DNA from: Tubiluchus corallicola
Lineage: Eukaryota > Animalia > Priapulida
DNA length: 64,000 nt
Direction: 5' to 3'
Assembly: GCA_030141605.1 (NCBI GenBank)
Contig: JAQGDQ010000445.1
Coordinates: forward strand, 130,478 to 194,477
In this document: positions 26,869 to 40,374 of the stretch, piece after piece
Position numbering within the stretch: position 1 is the stretch's first letter
Layout of the letters: every line of letters begins with the position of its first letter
The notes under the pieces: model-generated
What the model was told of the DNA's origin: nothing
The model's database searches: none
Seen by the model: the letters and a program-made list of their open reading frames with translations, nothing else
Position numbers and translations under genes: made by a program

Positions 26869-27949
26869 TTAAGCGGAGTACACGTTACATATACGCCGCA
26901 CGATTTCTGATGCTTTTAAGATGTTTAGGTGTACCGGGTAATTATTGTACCATAAAAAATAAAATCAATATGGATTAAGTTGAAGAAAACGACAACCCAT
27001 ACAGATAAACAAAAGGTACTAATTTGCTCTATCTTTCTTCTCTTTCAGCAAAACAGTGAACGCATTTTCGACAAGTTTATTTTCCAGTATGAGAATTAAT
27101 GTCAATTGGAAATTTCATTTACGACTGTATGCATAGATTTTTGAGTTAAATGGTATAGCTTTGTTAGCGGACATATAACCGCATCACTGTGATTATCATA
27201 TAGGTAAAATATTTGTTTATCAAATGTGTACAAATGCTTAGTTAATAGTTTTTTCGCTTCACGGAGTTTACAACTAAATTTGTATATCTTTGTATTTACC
27301 TTGTGCAGCTATGTTGAGTCAAATTGTTAGTATGATCTGGAAATCATTACCCGAGCTCTGCCCGCTGATAAAACCATCGGGTATGCGTCGAGTTTGTAAT
27401 TTTCGTGTTTGAAATTTAATTTTCTGAAATAAAATATCTATATCTATCTATAGCGTCTATAGATAGGCGACATGTGATCGATAGGCCTAACGACTTGTTC
27501 AGGTATATATCTGGTTCTACTAATTCCTCAAATTACGACTAACTTAGAAGTAAAACGAAAAACTAATCATAATATAATATGCAATGTCACTGAGCGTATT
27601 CTAATAGCCACACTAAAACCGGAAATTCATGGCGGGTATTTCCGATATAAATTCGTTTTGGTTTTGTTAATTGTTCGAGGAACAATTCTTTTCGTCGGAG
27701 AATAAGACTGTTTTTCTACATAGAAAACTCAAGCAAACGAGTATATATACTCTGGAAAAAAATACACTTTCACGAAAATAAATTAATTCGTGTTACACAC
27801 TGTAGTTGCTGCTCAGACAATTAAATATATTGAGAAATAAGCAAGTTTATTTGGTTTCTGAAATTTAGACTACGGTTTCTTAAACACGCGTTTTGAAGAG
27901 GAAACTGCTCGATAATTTTAAAGAAATTAAGTTTTCAGTTGTAATAAAA

Positions 27950-28980
27950 TCATTGGTGTTTTAATTTGGCTCACGAAAGCGCTGAGCGATGGTGAAATAT
28001 AGAAGTTCACGATTAACGTCAAACCTTCAATATGGCGGCTGTGTGTAGAGCCTTTGATTTAGCGAAAAAATTGAGTGCTTGATTTGACTTACGAAATCTG
28101 TGAGCAACGGTGAAATATAGGAGCTCACGACTCACGCTTAACTTTCAATATGGCGGCTGTAGAGCGTTTGATCCAGGGAAAAAATTGAGTGTTTAATTTG
28201 ACTCACGAAATCTATGAGCGAGGGTAAAATATATGAGTTCATGACTCACACTTAACTTTCAATATGGCGGCTGCAGAGCCTTTGGGTAGCGAAAAAATTG
28301 AGTGCTTAATTTGACTCACGAAATCTGTGAGCAACGGTGAAATATAGGAGCTCACGACTCACGCTTAACTTTCAATATGGCGGCTGTAGAGCGTTTGATC
28401 CAGGGAAAAAATTGAGTGTTTAATTTGACTCACGAAATCTATGAGCGTGGGTGAAATATAGGCGCTCACGACTCACGCTTAACTTTCAATATGGCGGCTG
28501 TAGAGCGTTTGATCCAGCGAAAAAATTGAGTGCTTAATTTGACTCACGAAATCTGTGAGCAACGGTGAAATATAAGAGCTCACGACTCACGCTTAACTTT
28601 CAATATGGCGGCTGTAGAGCGTTTGATCCAGGGAAAAAATTGAGTGTTTAATTTGACTCACGAAATCTATGAGCGAGGGTGAAATATAGGAGCTCACGAC
28701 TCACGCTTAACTTTCAATATGGCTGCTGTATCTAGCGAAAAAACTGAGTGCTTAGTTTGACTCACGAAATCTATGAGCGATGGTGAAATATATGAGTTCA
28801 CGACACACGGTTAACTTTCAATATGGCTGCTGTATCTAGCGAAAAAACTGAGTGCTTAGTTTGACTGAAGAAATCTATGAGCGATGGTGAAATATAGAAG
28901 TTCACGATTAACATCTAACTTTCAATATGGCGGCTGTAGGTAGAGCCTTTGATCCGGCGAAAAAATTGAATGCTTAATTT
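27950..28980. repeat. ~114-bp minisatellite x9 with a dimeric higher-order structure
   Basis: CAATATGGC at 28028, 28146, 28260, 28373, 28487, 28601, 28715, 28819 and 28923. Confidence 0.97.
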
Positions 28981-29289
28981 TAACCACATAAATTACAGGA
29001 AGTATTTTATTCATACCTGATTTATTAGCTGCTTACACTTAAACGTGAGAAAAATTTATCTGACTCCGCACATCTATCATCTATATATCTACATTAAAGG
29101 TTAGTTTTTTTTTATACCTTAGTTTTATGACAGCTTTGTGATTGAGTTAGCTGATCTCAAAACACACGATTTTACTTGCTCACCATTATCATCCATCTTA
29201 TTCCAATAATTATTCATATCTTATATTTATATTTTAATGGGTTATCACAATTACAAATCACACAATACACACACACCGATTATAAAGAT

Positions 29290-29455
29290 ACAATTACACA
29301 CATAAACAGGGCTACAAAAAACCTATACCATGTTATCAAGAACACAATTACACACATATACAGGGCTACAAAAAAACCTATACCATGTTATCAAGAACAC
29401 AATTACACACATATACAGGGCTACAAAAAACCTATACCACGTTATCAAGAACACA
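29290..29455. repeat. ~56-bp tandem repeat x3
   Basis: ACAATTACACACATATACAGGGCTACAAAAAACCTATACCATGTTATCAAGAAC units. Confidence 0.93.
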
Positions 29456-29607
29456 GTCACACAAGTCAAACTCAACAATTTAAACCAAAGACACGACATC
29501 AAATCTTGATGTATAAACCCAATGATACAGCATAAACAGAAATTTAAGATAGCTGCATACACATATAGTATTTAGTTTACACAACTGATGTGAGTTTTAT
29601 ATATATA

Positions 29608-30167
29608 CAGTGGACTCTCGTTATAAGAATCACCTCGGGAGAAGGCAAAGTGATTCTTATAACGAGCGATTCTTATAACGAGCATGACCCAGAATTGCTT
29701 TAAAAATTTTTTATGCACATAAAAATTATTTATTTCCCGAAATTACGCTAGAAACGACATGAAACAGCATAATGTTTTTCTGGCCTAAAAAGGACCTAAA
29801 AATTCCTAGACTAATGTTTTTATTTCATGGTTGGGTAAATATTTCATGATGCCAGAATTGCCTTAAAATTTTTTTAATGCACATAATTTTTTTTCCGAAA
29901 TTGTGCTGGAGACTACAGAAAACTCTACATCTACTGCTTGAAAAATATCGATAGCTTGCTTGGCTTCATTTCTCCTCTGGTGAGGCGGTCAATTTCGGCT
30001 CCCAACCAGCTCCCGGCGCCAAAATTGATTCTACTATCGAAGGAAGGGTGATTCTTATACGAGCGGATTTTCACTAGGAAAATGCCGATTCAATTCGGGA
30101 AACGCGATTTTGATTCTTATATTGAGCTGATTCTTATACGTGTGATTCTTGTAACGAGAGTCCACTG
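29608..30167. mobile_element. pogo/Tigger-like (Tc1/mariner) MITE
   Basis: TA|CAGTGGACTCTCGTTATAAGAATCAC ... GTGATTCTTGTAACGAGAGTCCACTG|TA: a 26-bp TIR with one mismatch and TA flanks. Subterminal GATTCTTATA repeats. Confidence 0.93.
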
Positions 30168-30195
30168 TAGTTCGTTTATTTTCAATTTATAATAA

Positions 30196-30487
30196 TTACA
30201 TTCGGGAACTGACACATTTCAAAACAAAATTACAAGCAATTTGGAGAATTTCTGAATCGTTTGAGCCTAATAGTAATTTTAGTTTGTCATCATCTAACAA
30301 GTAGGTAAAATTTGGATATATAGAGCTAATTTCCGTATTAAGGATGTTTTTTAGTTGTTCGTATCTACTACAGTGCAAGAGTAAATGCGTATCGTCTTCT
30401 ATATCTGGTCTGTTTGGGTCGCACTGTGTAGAGTATCTTTGATTGGCTGAGATTTTGTTAGGTCCATAATGTCTACCGGTTTCTAAA
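30196..30487 (-). mobile_element. LINE ORF2 C-terminus (RTE-X-like); its 3' UTR is interrupted by the MITE
   Basis: Translates as LETGRHYGP...QCDP..DIEDDTHLLLHCSRY...LKCVSSRM*, with the ETGR and EDxxHxLLxC zinc-knuckle motifs. Confidence 0.8.
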
Positions 30488-31170
30488 AAACATATAGATC
30501 AACATGCATTTGAATTTTAAAATAAGCCTATATATATATAGCTCACGAAACTGACACTGTAGAGTTCATGATGATGGTTATCGCGGTACCGCCTTCTATT
30601 TGTCGGCCACGCGAATGTGACAAAAAGGCGTCGCTGCCAATCTTAGTGGATTCACTGAATCGCGAGTAGCTTTGAAAGTTTAACGAAATTTGAGTATCCG
30701 AGGTAATATATATATATATACTATTTTTTAATGGTGAAAAAGGACCTGTTTTGCATAGTGCCAAGCCACCACAATTAACTTCTGTAAATGAAAAATTTAT
30801 AAAAGCAGTGTTGCTAGGACTCTTACAGTCGTACACTGACCTCACACATTTTCTTCTACTTTGTATTGTACTGCATGTATGAAGTAAATACGTCTTATAT
30901 CTTATATATGTATCAATCATTTATATGATGTTATGTTATGTAGTTTATCACAGTTATATGATCGTCGCATAGATTTTCGTTTATGATGAGATTTAGAATC
31001 CACTAAACTTCAACGTAATTTTTCTTATCAAATGAGAAATAAAAAAGGTGCTAAACGTGTAACCCAGTTTGTATATTTATAATACCTAGACAAAGTTCAC
31101 TAAAAACAAGCAAATTACATATACTTTCATTAAGTATATAATCTATACTATATATATAGAAAATTATTAA

Positions 31171-31710
31171 AGGAATCTCGGACAATTGTTTAGACTCAAT
31201 CTCATTTTAATTTACTGTCCAAAATATACATTTTCTTGCCTATATAAGTTAACAATTGTTTCTTATATTTGAATAATTCGCTTAGAAAGTTAGTTAACGG
31301 CGACCGAAAGCAGCTATTGCTTACGTCAGAAACTAACCACAGTTTGTGCAATGGCAGGCGTCTTCCCTTGCACGTCAAGCACATTTGCATAAGTGTTACG
31401 GTACTGTTTAAACGCACGATGTCACGAAAAATGAGCTCTACATGATATGACGTCATGAAACAACACAGCAGTTCGTGATCATGGTTATCGCCTTCTATTT
31501 GTCGGCCACGCGAATGTGACAAAAAGGCGCCGCTGCCAATCTTAGTAGATTCACTGTGCCGTGCGTAGCTTTGAAAGTTTAACGAAATTTGAGTAACCGA
31601 GGTAATTATTATTTAATATAAGCTTTGATTTAAAATAAGCTATTGTAGTTTTCAATAATTTAGAGCATTCTTTATTCTGAACTCATGTTTACACAATCAT
31701 CCGGTTTCCT
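31171..31710. mobile_element. Kolobok-like MITE family G
   Basis: TTAA|AGGAATCTCGGACAATTGT ... ACAATCATCCGGTTTCCT|TTAA. Its internal 31480-31606 is duplicated at about 30570-30706. Confidence 0.8.
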
Positions 31711-31714
31711 TTAA

Positions 31715-32092
31715 CAATTTAAAATTTTCGCGCCAGCTGGAAAGCGTCACTGACTCGCTTTCCCTGTGTGCACCACTGACACACCAAAAAACATTTATTA
31801 ATCTTACTGGAAATAGTTATCTTAGTTAGATTACCTGTTTAGTTAGCAAGGAATGCGCTACGAATACTCTGATTGTTTTTTCAAACTTTATGCAATGTTT
31901 TCTGAACTTGTTTTAAACGACATACCGCTAAAATGGCTGCGCCTAACGGCCATCGGGGAAGTTTAAATTTACGAGTTTTATACACCGTTACTGCTAACGC
32001 AAGCTCTGTACGCAGTGAAGCAGCGTGTAAGTGGTCTAAATTTCAAAATGAATTTCCTTAGCATTCCTTAGCAAGGGTTTACTTGGCATTTA
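31715..32092 (-). mobile_element. Kolobok-like family D copy
   Basis: Collinear with 58770-59187 (AAAATGGCTGCGCCTAACGG, GTGCACCACTGAC). Confidence 0.75.
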
Positions 32093-33684
32093 AACTTGAA
32101 CTTACTAACATATACTTAATATTAATTAATTAATAATATATACTTAAGACGAGCCTGTACTTATAACGAAATATGGATAAATAATCACAGTATACATCAT
32201 TATTTCTTTTTACATATGTATATTACACAGTGCGATAGTTACAGTGCATCCCGCGAATGGTTACATTACAGTTTATATTTTCATACGTTTGCATCACGTC
32301 TCTGCTGAACTCCTTTCTATTTCATTTCTCTTCTCCTTTTCTCCATCTTTGTCTATTATTTTATCTTAACTATTCTCTGTTTTTCCTATTTTTTCTCTTG
32401 TTAAGCAGTTTTTTCTCCACTGTTGCAGGTACAAATGTTTTGGTCCATTAACCTTTCTCAAGGTAGTATATGCATTAGAAGCCAGAATATATTAGACTGT
32501 AGTTCAACAAGCTAGACTACTTTTTCTACTCTGACATTGTATAGGTGGAACTTGTTATGTACACACGTCTCTGTTACATTTTAAAATTTGACTTGTAATT
32601 ATACTGCTACCATTTACTGACATTCTGGCTTTTTCTCGACTCAATATTGGACCAACAATGTATGTATGCATTTTTAGCTTTTTAGTGTAACGTAGTAATC
32701 TGTAGCACTTATTTTTCTTGCACTTATTTCAGTAGATTTGTAGATGTAGTAATTGTAGAGTACAGAAAATTTGCATTTTTGCAGAATAAACTAACATAGA
32801 TATGGGAACGCAACTTTGGTTTGAGCGTATACATTACATACACCTTTGCTCCACCTTACAAGCTTTGCTTCTTGACCACCATGCAGTATATTTCTCCTGT
32901 TAATAAACTATTAGGTAATTATTAACTATATTAACGTAGTTCTTTCTATAATTATTTGATGTGAAATGTAATACGTGTAATTGATGTGATATATAGTTAC
33001 AATGTGATAATGTAATTAGACGATAAATTACAATTACGATTACAATTACATATTTTAGGAAGAGGGCCAATAATAGGACTAATTAGGCCTACTATTATTT
33101 ACCCAAATTGCATAAGAATGTCAATGAATGTTATAAATTCTGGCAATCAAAACAATTTTCTCAATTTTAAAACGTCGCTTGTCATCAATGTTACGTCTAC
33201 GAAGAAGCCAACATTAGGCGGTAAGCTAACAGCTAAAACATACATTTCTGTAGACAAAGCAAGATAACGGCCGGCAATGAGGGTATGCGGGCAGCTAGAC
33301 GTAATCTACAGAAGCGCACGGTTATAGTGGCTATCACTGTCAATTTACTTCGCGTTCAAAACAAGCATTTTTTAGAAAAACGATATCGCAGAGTGTTCGT
33401 GATTTCGTGATAAAATTTAAAAAAATCAACTATCTGACTTGTACAAGAGAGTTTAGGAGTGCAGGCAGGCATGTACAAGGTAAAATCTCAAAAGACGTAA
33501 AATACATAATAGGCGAAAAATATCATTCTTCAAAAGTATCAAAACATCAATTTTCATTCAACATAAATGTTATTGCCTCACCATCAATGTGTTATATACT
33601 TACCAGCTACCGCCGCAATATAGTTAAAAAATATTTTACATCTTCTTATACATAATTATTTATCAAAATACAATTAGATTTAAA

Positions 33685-33945
33685 AAGGAATTTTAAGCTG
33701 TGTCCCAAAAATCTTTCCATACAAAGTTATATTACAAATTGGAAAAGAAAATTTTTAATACGATACTTTAAAATGTTCGCGCCAGTCAGAAAAAATGTCT
33801 CTTCCCAGCGTGCACCACTGACTCACCAAAAAACGTATTATTCTTATTCACAGGATAAAGTAATTGTTTTTTTTAGTTAGTGAAGTGTGTGCCACGAATA
33901 CTCTGATTAATTTTTCAAACTTTGTGCAATGTTACTTAAGCTTCC
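33685..33945 (-). mobile_element. Kolobok-like family D fragment
   Basis: GTGCACCACTGACTCACCAAAAAACGTATT and CGAATACTCTGATT; reverse complement of part of 50409-50872. Confidence 0.7.
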
Positions 33946-34297
33946 TGTGACTAAAATATACGTTTTTTGGGAGAATGACGCATTTACGATTCAACGCCAT
34001 CTTGAAAATGTTAGAAACAGCGTACAATAAGATAAAAAAAACGTTTGCATAAGCAAAAGAAATTTAAATGACACAAAGTGCTTTTACTGTAGAATATCTC
34101 CAGTCTCATTGAAAACAAGGAGCAGGTCAGAGAAAGGATAAAAAAAGGGAGGATTGAAGGGATTAAAATTAAAGACACGAAGACTATGGCGAAATTACGA
34201 CACATTAAAAATGTCCTAAAAATCAGATATAAAACGAGAAACATAAAAGCTAGGCCACGCGTCTTTTATACACCACAAACATATGCATTATGTTAGG

Positions 34298-34841
34298 TTA
34301 GTTTAAACATAATTTATTTAGGATTGGATCAGACAGTTTGAACGACATGATTTAGGATCCTCACCACAACAGACTTTATACACTATTTACAAAAACATTT
34401 ACAGTAAGAATAGACAATACTTAGTTTTTAGTATACTTTAGTATACTAAAGTTTTACTATAGTGATACATTAGACATTAGTAAAAAATGAGGGTTAGTAA
34501 ATATTAATGTACGATAGTTTAAGAATGATGCATTTTACATCAGATAGAAACTACTGGAAGCGTTTAGTACGTAATATGAAGTCATGTATACATTGGAATA
34601 TTTTACAGTTAGTAACATAGTTAAATTCATCTTTACCGAATAATAACAACTTCAACAGATCATTAGTTCTTAAGGCAGCTATATTAAGGTTTTCAGGCAT
34701 AAGCATTTCATTTAGTTTATCAAACATAACTACCCTAGCTAGTTAATGCAATGGGCAGTGCAACAAAAAGTGTTCGACAGACTCAAATCGAAATCCACAG
34801 TTACAATTCGGCAATATTGGATGACCGTTATTATCTTTACA
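34298..34841 (-). mobile_element. LINE family A copy 2
   Basis: Near-identical to 44273-44812. Confidence 0.9.
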
Positions 34842-35075
34842 GCCTTTAGAGAAAAGGTCATAGTTTAGCTGAGAAAATCCGGTTCTCTTGCGCGTATGAT
34901 GCACTGATATTGGAGGTTACCTAAAACCACATTAACTGGAACTCTGAAAAGTGACTTCCGGTATTTCTCTTACCGCAATGAGAAAAATAAATGCACATTA
35001 CAACCTACTGACTCAAACTAAAGCACAAGCTGCCCGTTTGTATTCCATTACCAACATAATGCAAAAGTTGGTTGC

Positions 35076-36056
35076 ATAATTAAAAAATGTTTACTCAAAA
35101 AAACTTCACCTTAGGCTGCTCTGCATACAGCAAGGAATCAGACTATAATTTTTGCGTCTGTCCGGATCTGCCGGATTTAGTCGGAATTATGGCTGCCGGG
35201 TTTTATCTATTCCGACACGTGACCAGCAGTAACTCTATCACCCCGTTTCGCTGTGGGTGGCTTCGTGTAGCAATGAACCCACGGAGAACCCACTAAACGG
35301 GTTTCATTTCCTTTCTTATTCATAAACAAGCAAAAATAGTGGGAGATGATAGACGCTTGTGTGTTTGTTTGTTTACTGAACCACCATTACATACAGTACA
35401 TTACAAACAAATAAACAAAACAGGTTTAATCAACAGTGACAGAAACGTTTACTAGAGACAAGATCCCCTTTACAAAGGAATATTGTGGCTCGAGTGCAAA
35501 GAACAACTAACAATTAATTTAGGTATTTAATACAAGTATTAAATATAGTTATCACAACAATGTTAGGTACATAAAGTAGTATTAATAACCACTTTACTCA
35601 ACTGTATCTCGATTTTACTTAGACAATAACACAATTGTATCAATACTTTATTTAGACAACAACTGATTCCTAGTCTTTAAAACTGATTCTAGAAAACGTA
35701 TTTTCATGCAACACCAGAGGAACAACATGCATAGGCCTAATTGACGTACTGGAAATGTAAAAATGCATTTTTAAATAAAACATTTTTACATACTTTTGTA
35801 AATATGCAATAACATTCAGAAAACTTTCATATGTATACAGCTACAGTGTGTCAATAATTCGCCACATCTTTACCTCTGACTATAAAACCTATATATATAT
35901 ATATGTATTGTATATGCATAGACATACAACCGGCAGCAATAATTCCGACTAAATTCGACAGATCCGAACAGACGCAAAAACTACAGGCTCAAACCTTACT
36001 GAATGCAGAACAGTCCATATAGGTGACGTTTTTAGTATACACTTTAAAAAATTTAT
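35076..36056. mobile_element. foldback element with ~110-130-bp imperfect inverted arms
   Basis: TTTTTGCGTCTGTCCGGATCTGCCGGATTTAGTCGGAATTATGGCTGCCGG (about 35149-35199) is mirrored by CCGGCAGCAATAATTCCGACTAAATTCGACAGATCCGAACAGACGCAAAAA (about 35930-35980). Confidence 0.8.
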
Positions 36057-37165
36057 AGTGTAATTCTTTTAGCTAAAATCCACAACAGGCTTTGATGAAT
36101 CGCATGCACGCTAAACACGTTGGCTAAATTTAGCAGTCAAATTAAAATTGCTTCTACAAAGGACGCCATGTTTATTTTCCAAAATCCCAGCACGTGGGTT
36201 CACACGTATTTACATAACTTGGAAGGAGTTTAAAATTCCCAAATTTAAATAGCCTAACCCTAACCCCTAACAGTAACCCAACCTAGGTGTTAATTGTAAA
36301 CTATAGCCCGAGGATTTTTACTGAGATATTATTTGCCACTCGCCGGCCATAAATTGCTTCTAAACTAACGTTTATTTTTCAGAAACATTGAGAACTGTAA
36401 GTATTATAAGTAATTAAAAGTACTGCATTAGTAGTAGTGGTTGTGGTAGTGGTGGTAGCAGTAGCAGTAGCAGTTAGCAGTAGTAGCAGCAGCAGCAGTA
36501 GTAGTAGTATAGTTTATTGACTATAAATACAACGATTAATACAAAAACTGGGTAGCACAAAATAATAAAATCTACAGTCCATTCATTATTGTTTTCAAGA
36601 ATTTATCACACCAGGTGGATCATATTAGCACATAGAATAAAATAGCTGTACTAACTTTATACCATTGAAAAAGTGGCTTTACATTTTAGTTTGATATTTT
36701 AAGCGAATAGTAAAGATTAATAAAACCACTAATATAATATTAATACAAACATTAATTTTACTTTAGCCCAAAGATGGAAATGCGCTGTCTGGAAAATCGC
36801 CCTGTTCTCCTCGGGGAACAAAATTGTTCGCGTTTGAAACACGTTCAAAAGCTGAGAACGATCAAAGAAATTTCAAAATGAAAGACTCACGTTAAATGAG
36901 ATTACATTCAGCCGACAGCAGACTAGAGTTTAACCTACTAACAAAACCACAGGAAGACTACAATCTTCCTGTGAAACTAAACTGGATTAGATCCCAGAAC
37001 ATTCTCCCCGTAAACTGGCTTCATTGTCGAGCGAACTGCTCGCTGAACGCGAAGCCATTGAGCTTCCTCCTTTGACTAGCCAACCAAACCATAGTCAATA
37101 ATAGCATTAGGTCATTATTGCTTAATGCCTGTAAGAGCCTGCCAGGGATTCGTATTGATAGCTGA

Positions 37166-37555
37166 GAAAAATAGATACGGTAACTCACAGGGACAATGTT
37201 CCATATAAAAGTGATTTTCTGCATTATCTGCGTGCACTTTTGGTGGAAAAATAGATACGGTAACTCACAATGTTCCATATAAAAGTGATTTTCTGCATTA
37301 TCTGCGTGCACTTTTGGTGGAAAAATAGATACGGTAACTCACAGGGACAATGTTCCATATAAAAGTGATTTTCTGCATTATCTGCGTGCACTTTTGGTGG
37401 AAAAATAGATACGGTAACTCATAGGGACAATGTTCCATATAAAAGTGATTTTCTGCATTATCTGCGTGCACTTTTGGTGGAAAAATAGATACGGTAACTC
37501 ACAGGGACAATGTTCCATATAAAAGTGATTTTCTGCATTATCTGCGTGCACTTTT
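37166..37555. repeat. 80-bp minisatellite, about x5
   Basis: AAAAATAGATACGGTAACTCACAGGGACAATGTTCC... units; the second has a 6-bp deletion. Confidence 0.97.
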
Positions 37556-38240
37556 CTGCAAACAACGGGCTAGAATTTGCGCACTTTCCAATAACGAAAA
37601 CAATATAAACTGACAATATAACAAAACAATGGCCGCACATCAATTGAGTGACGTTACAAAACAACAATATATAAGCCAATATTTATGCAAATATAAATTA
37701 TAGAAACCTATATAATTTTGTCATTCCAACTTGTTTGCTTCGGATTTAATGTTCAAAAAAAATACAAAAAATATTAAACCTTCCCTTGTGTACTGGCTGC
37801 CACTACCATCAAAACAATTGACAAAATACAGAGACAAAACAAAAAATCACAAAATACAAAAACCAAACGTTGTAAGAACACAAAAACGAGCTTAAAAGAA
37901 AACAGAACCCAATCTTAAATTGTAAGTCATACAATTTACTCGTTAGAATATTGAAAGAAAACATACTATTTTTTTCAAAAATTACTAATCTGAAAGAATT
38001 ATTATCATGATTTTTATCATGTCTCAAGCCACACAACTTTTTGTTAACTACTCATTTAGTTCAAAATGATTACTTCAAAATACTTAATGAACGAATAGAT
38101 TCTACTTAGATGTTTTTTTTTCAATAAACTAAGAAAAAATTATTAAGATTATTATACATAAAGGCTATCAAATTTAAACTGCGCGTGTACACGGTTTAAT
38201 AGTCGGTTACAGTTGTCTATAGTAACCTAGAATTTTCATT

Positions 38241-38697
38241 TATATGGCAGTAATCATTACTTAGCCAAACTATAGGCCAATGAAGGCTGACACTGGCATT
38301 AAAAATAATCGAAAACAATATATGGCAGTAATCATTACTTAGCCAAACTATAGGCTAATGAAGGCTGACACTGGCATTAAATAACCGAAAACAATATATG
38401 GCAGTAATCATTATTTAGCCAAACTATAGGCCAATGAAGGCTGACATTGGCATTAAATAATCGAAAACAATATATGGCAGTAATCATTACTTAGCCAAAC
38501 TATAGGCCAATGAAGGTTGGCATTGGCATTAAATAACCGAAAACAATATATGGCAATAATCATTACTTAGCCAAACTATAGGCCAATGAAGGCTGACAAT
38601 GGCATTAAATAACCGAAAACAATATATGGCAGTATCATTACTTAGCCAAACTATAGGCTAATGAAGGCTGACACTAGCATTAAATAACCGAAAACAA
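38241..38697. repeat. 76-bp minisatellite x6
   Basis: TATATGGCA units start at 38241, 38319, 38395, 38471, 38547 and 38623. Confidence 0.97.
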
Positions 38698-39489
38698 AAT
38701 AAATACAGCTAACTTCTGTATAATTTGAATTTCTAAATTCCAAGGCCACAAAGAGCAAAAATTGCTAAATTATAAATCGCCAGTTAAAACAAAAAAACTA
38801 GAGCGTACTCAATCCGTGTAAAGAGCTCACAGAAATTTTACAACAAGCCGCAAAAACTTTACAAACACGAGTTATTATAAAAGGAAAATGCGGACAAAAT
38901 TTACACAGCATAAATAAATCAGCGGGCTAATAACATCCTGTGCCTTAACAAGAGAAAATGGCTGAGAGCTGCGGTTAAAGACCCGTTGCAGGTTTTTGCT
39001 ATATAAGCCCGTCAGCACGAGCAGCCAAGATACAGACTTGTACTGTGCTGCTATTATAACAGCTACAGTCTACAGGAAGTCAATATTCTCCGTCTCATCT
39101 GAGCAAAGTACAGTCTGCGTATGAAAGTTAACCAAGCTGCTATAAAGTGATGATGGTGCCAAATAAAAAGACATTGCAATATCATAAATTAGGGCGTCCC
39201 AAAAGTGTAACATCAATAATCTCGAATAGGAGAATCTATATTATATCACTGAGAAATAAGTCGTTCAACTTTTTTACCATAGACATAATGTGTCCCAAAT
39301 TTTTTTCAAGGTTTTTCAATACTGTTAAACTTGCACCATCTACAGGTATATTACTTGGTGTTTTACCGAAGTAATAATTAACGTAAACAAATGATTTACT
39401 GCTTGCAAAAACCAGAATGTTCTACAGGAAAGTGTACATCACGTTTTCCCTTTTTGGGTAGATCGCGATTTCAAGATCCTTCTCAAAAG

Positions 39490-39900
39490 ATTTCCGAACC
39501 GCATCTTAAACTACAACTGAAAGCAATTTAACATGTAACATATTGAAAGGAATCACACAAATCTAATTTTGCGATTACGCGGTTAGTTTTCCGCAAGTTT
39601 TGCAAGTATATCGCTACTTTGTTAGTTAGATGGTCACCAGCGCCTGCATGTCGCAAACGCGTTGCACAGAAAACAGGCACTGCACCTCTCCGTTCAGATG
39701 TGTTCAGTTGTGATGTTGCGCACACGTTCAAGAGCTCATGCGTAAGCTCAGAGCTCATAGCAGCAAACATTTGTCAAGCTTTTGTGTGTCATACTGAATG
39801 TTCTACAGAAGCACTCCACGTTAACTTTCGTTTTCGCATACAGGTCTAAAACGTTCGTGGAACATTTGTGCTGTTCAGTTGTGATGTCATCACTAGGTGC
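39490..39900 (-). mobile_element. diverged Kolobok-like family C relative
   Basis: GTTAGATGGTCACCAGCGCCTGCAT..GCACAGAAAACAGG..CAGATGTGTT resembles the reverse complement of the family C interior. Confidence 0.55.
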
Positions 39901-40374
39901 TAAATATGCACTTTCCCCCATATTTCCAAATGGAATAGGATATTATTACACTTTTTATTTCAGGCAAAATATCCATATGCCCTAGACAAATATTTACACC
40001 ATTTACAGTTAAAACTAAGATAAAATTCATATGTAATTACAAATTCACTTCAAATGGTCCTACGAATATAAATTGAAAAATTTGAAGATGAAAGTTCATT
40101 CCACAACTTGAACATATTTGAGCGCAATTTGATTTACATAGTACATCAATATTCACAATATCAACAACATACCTGTTATCTGAGAATAGCAGTCTATTCT
40201 TAGGCTATATAAGATATTTTACGTAACCGAAAAAACTGTGATAGTGGGAGATTCATGTACGTGCCAGATACGCTACAATCATATCTTAATTTATGTTTTC
40301 CTGTTACATTATTATAAGCTACATGGATAGAATTTAAAGCACTGAATTGACTCAATAGATTACAACAGTAAAAA

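Noticed and set aside
32310-32468. Plus-strand long polypyrimidine tract with TTGCAG|GT (a 34-nt mini-exon or recursive splice site); a similar acceptor lies at 27048
   Set aside because: Weak donors (GTAGTA, GTACAA), no partner exons, and opposite strand to the better-supported exons.
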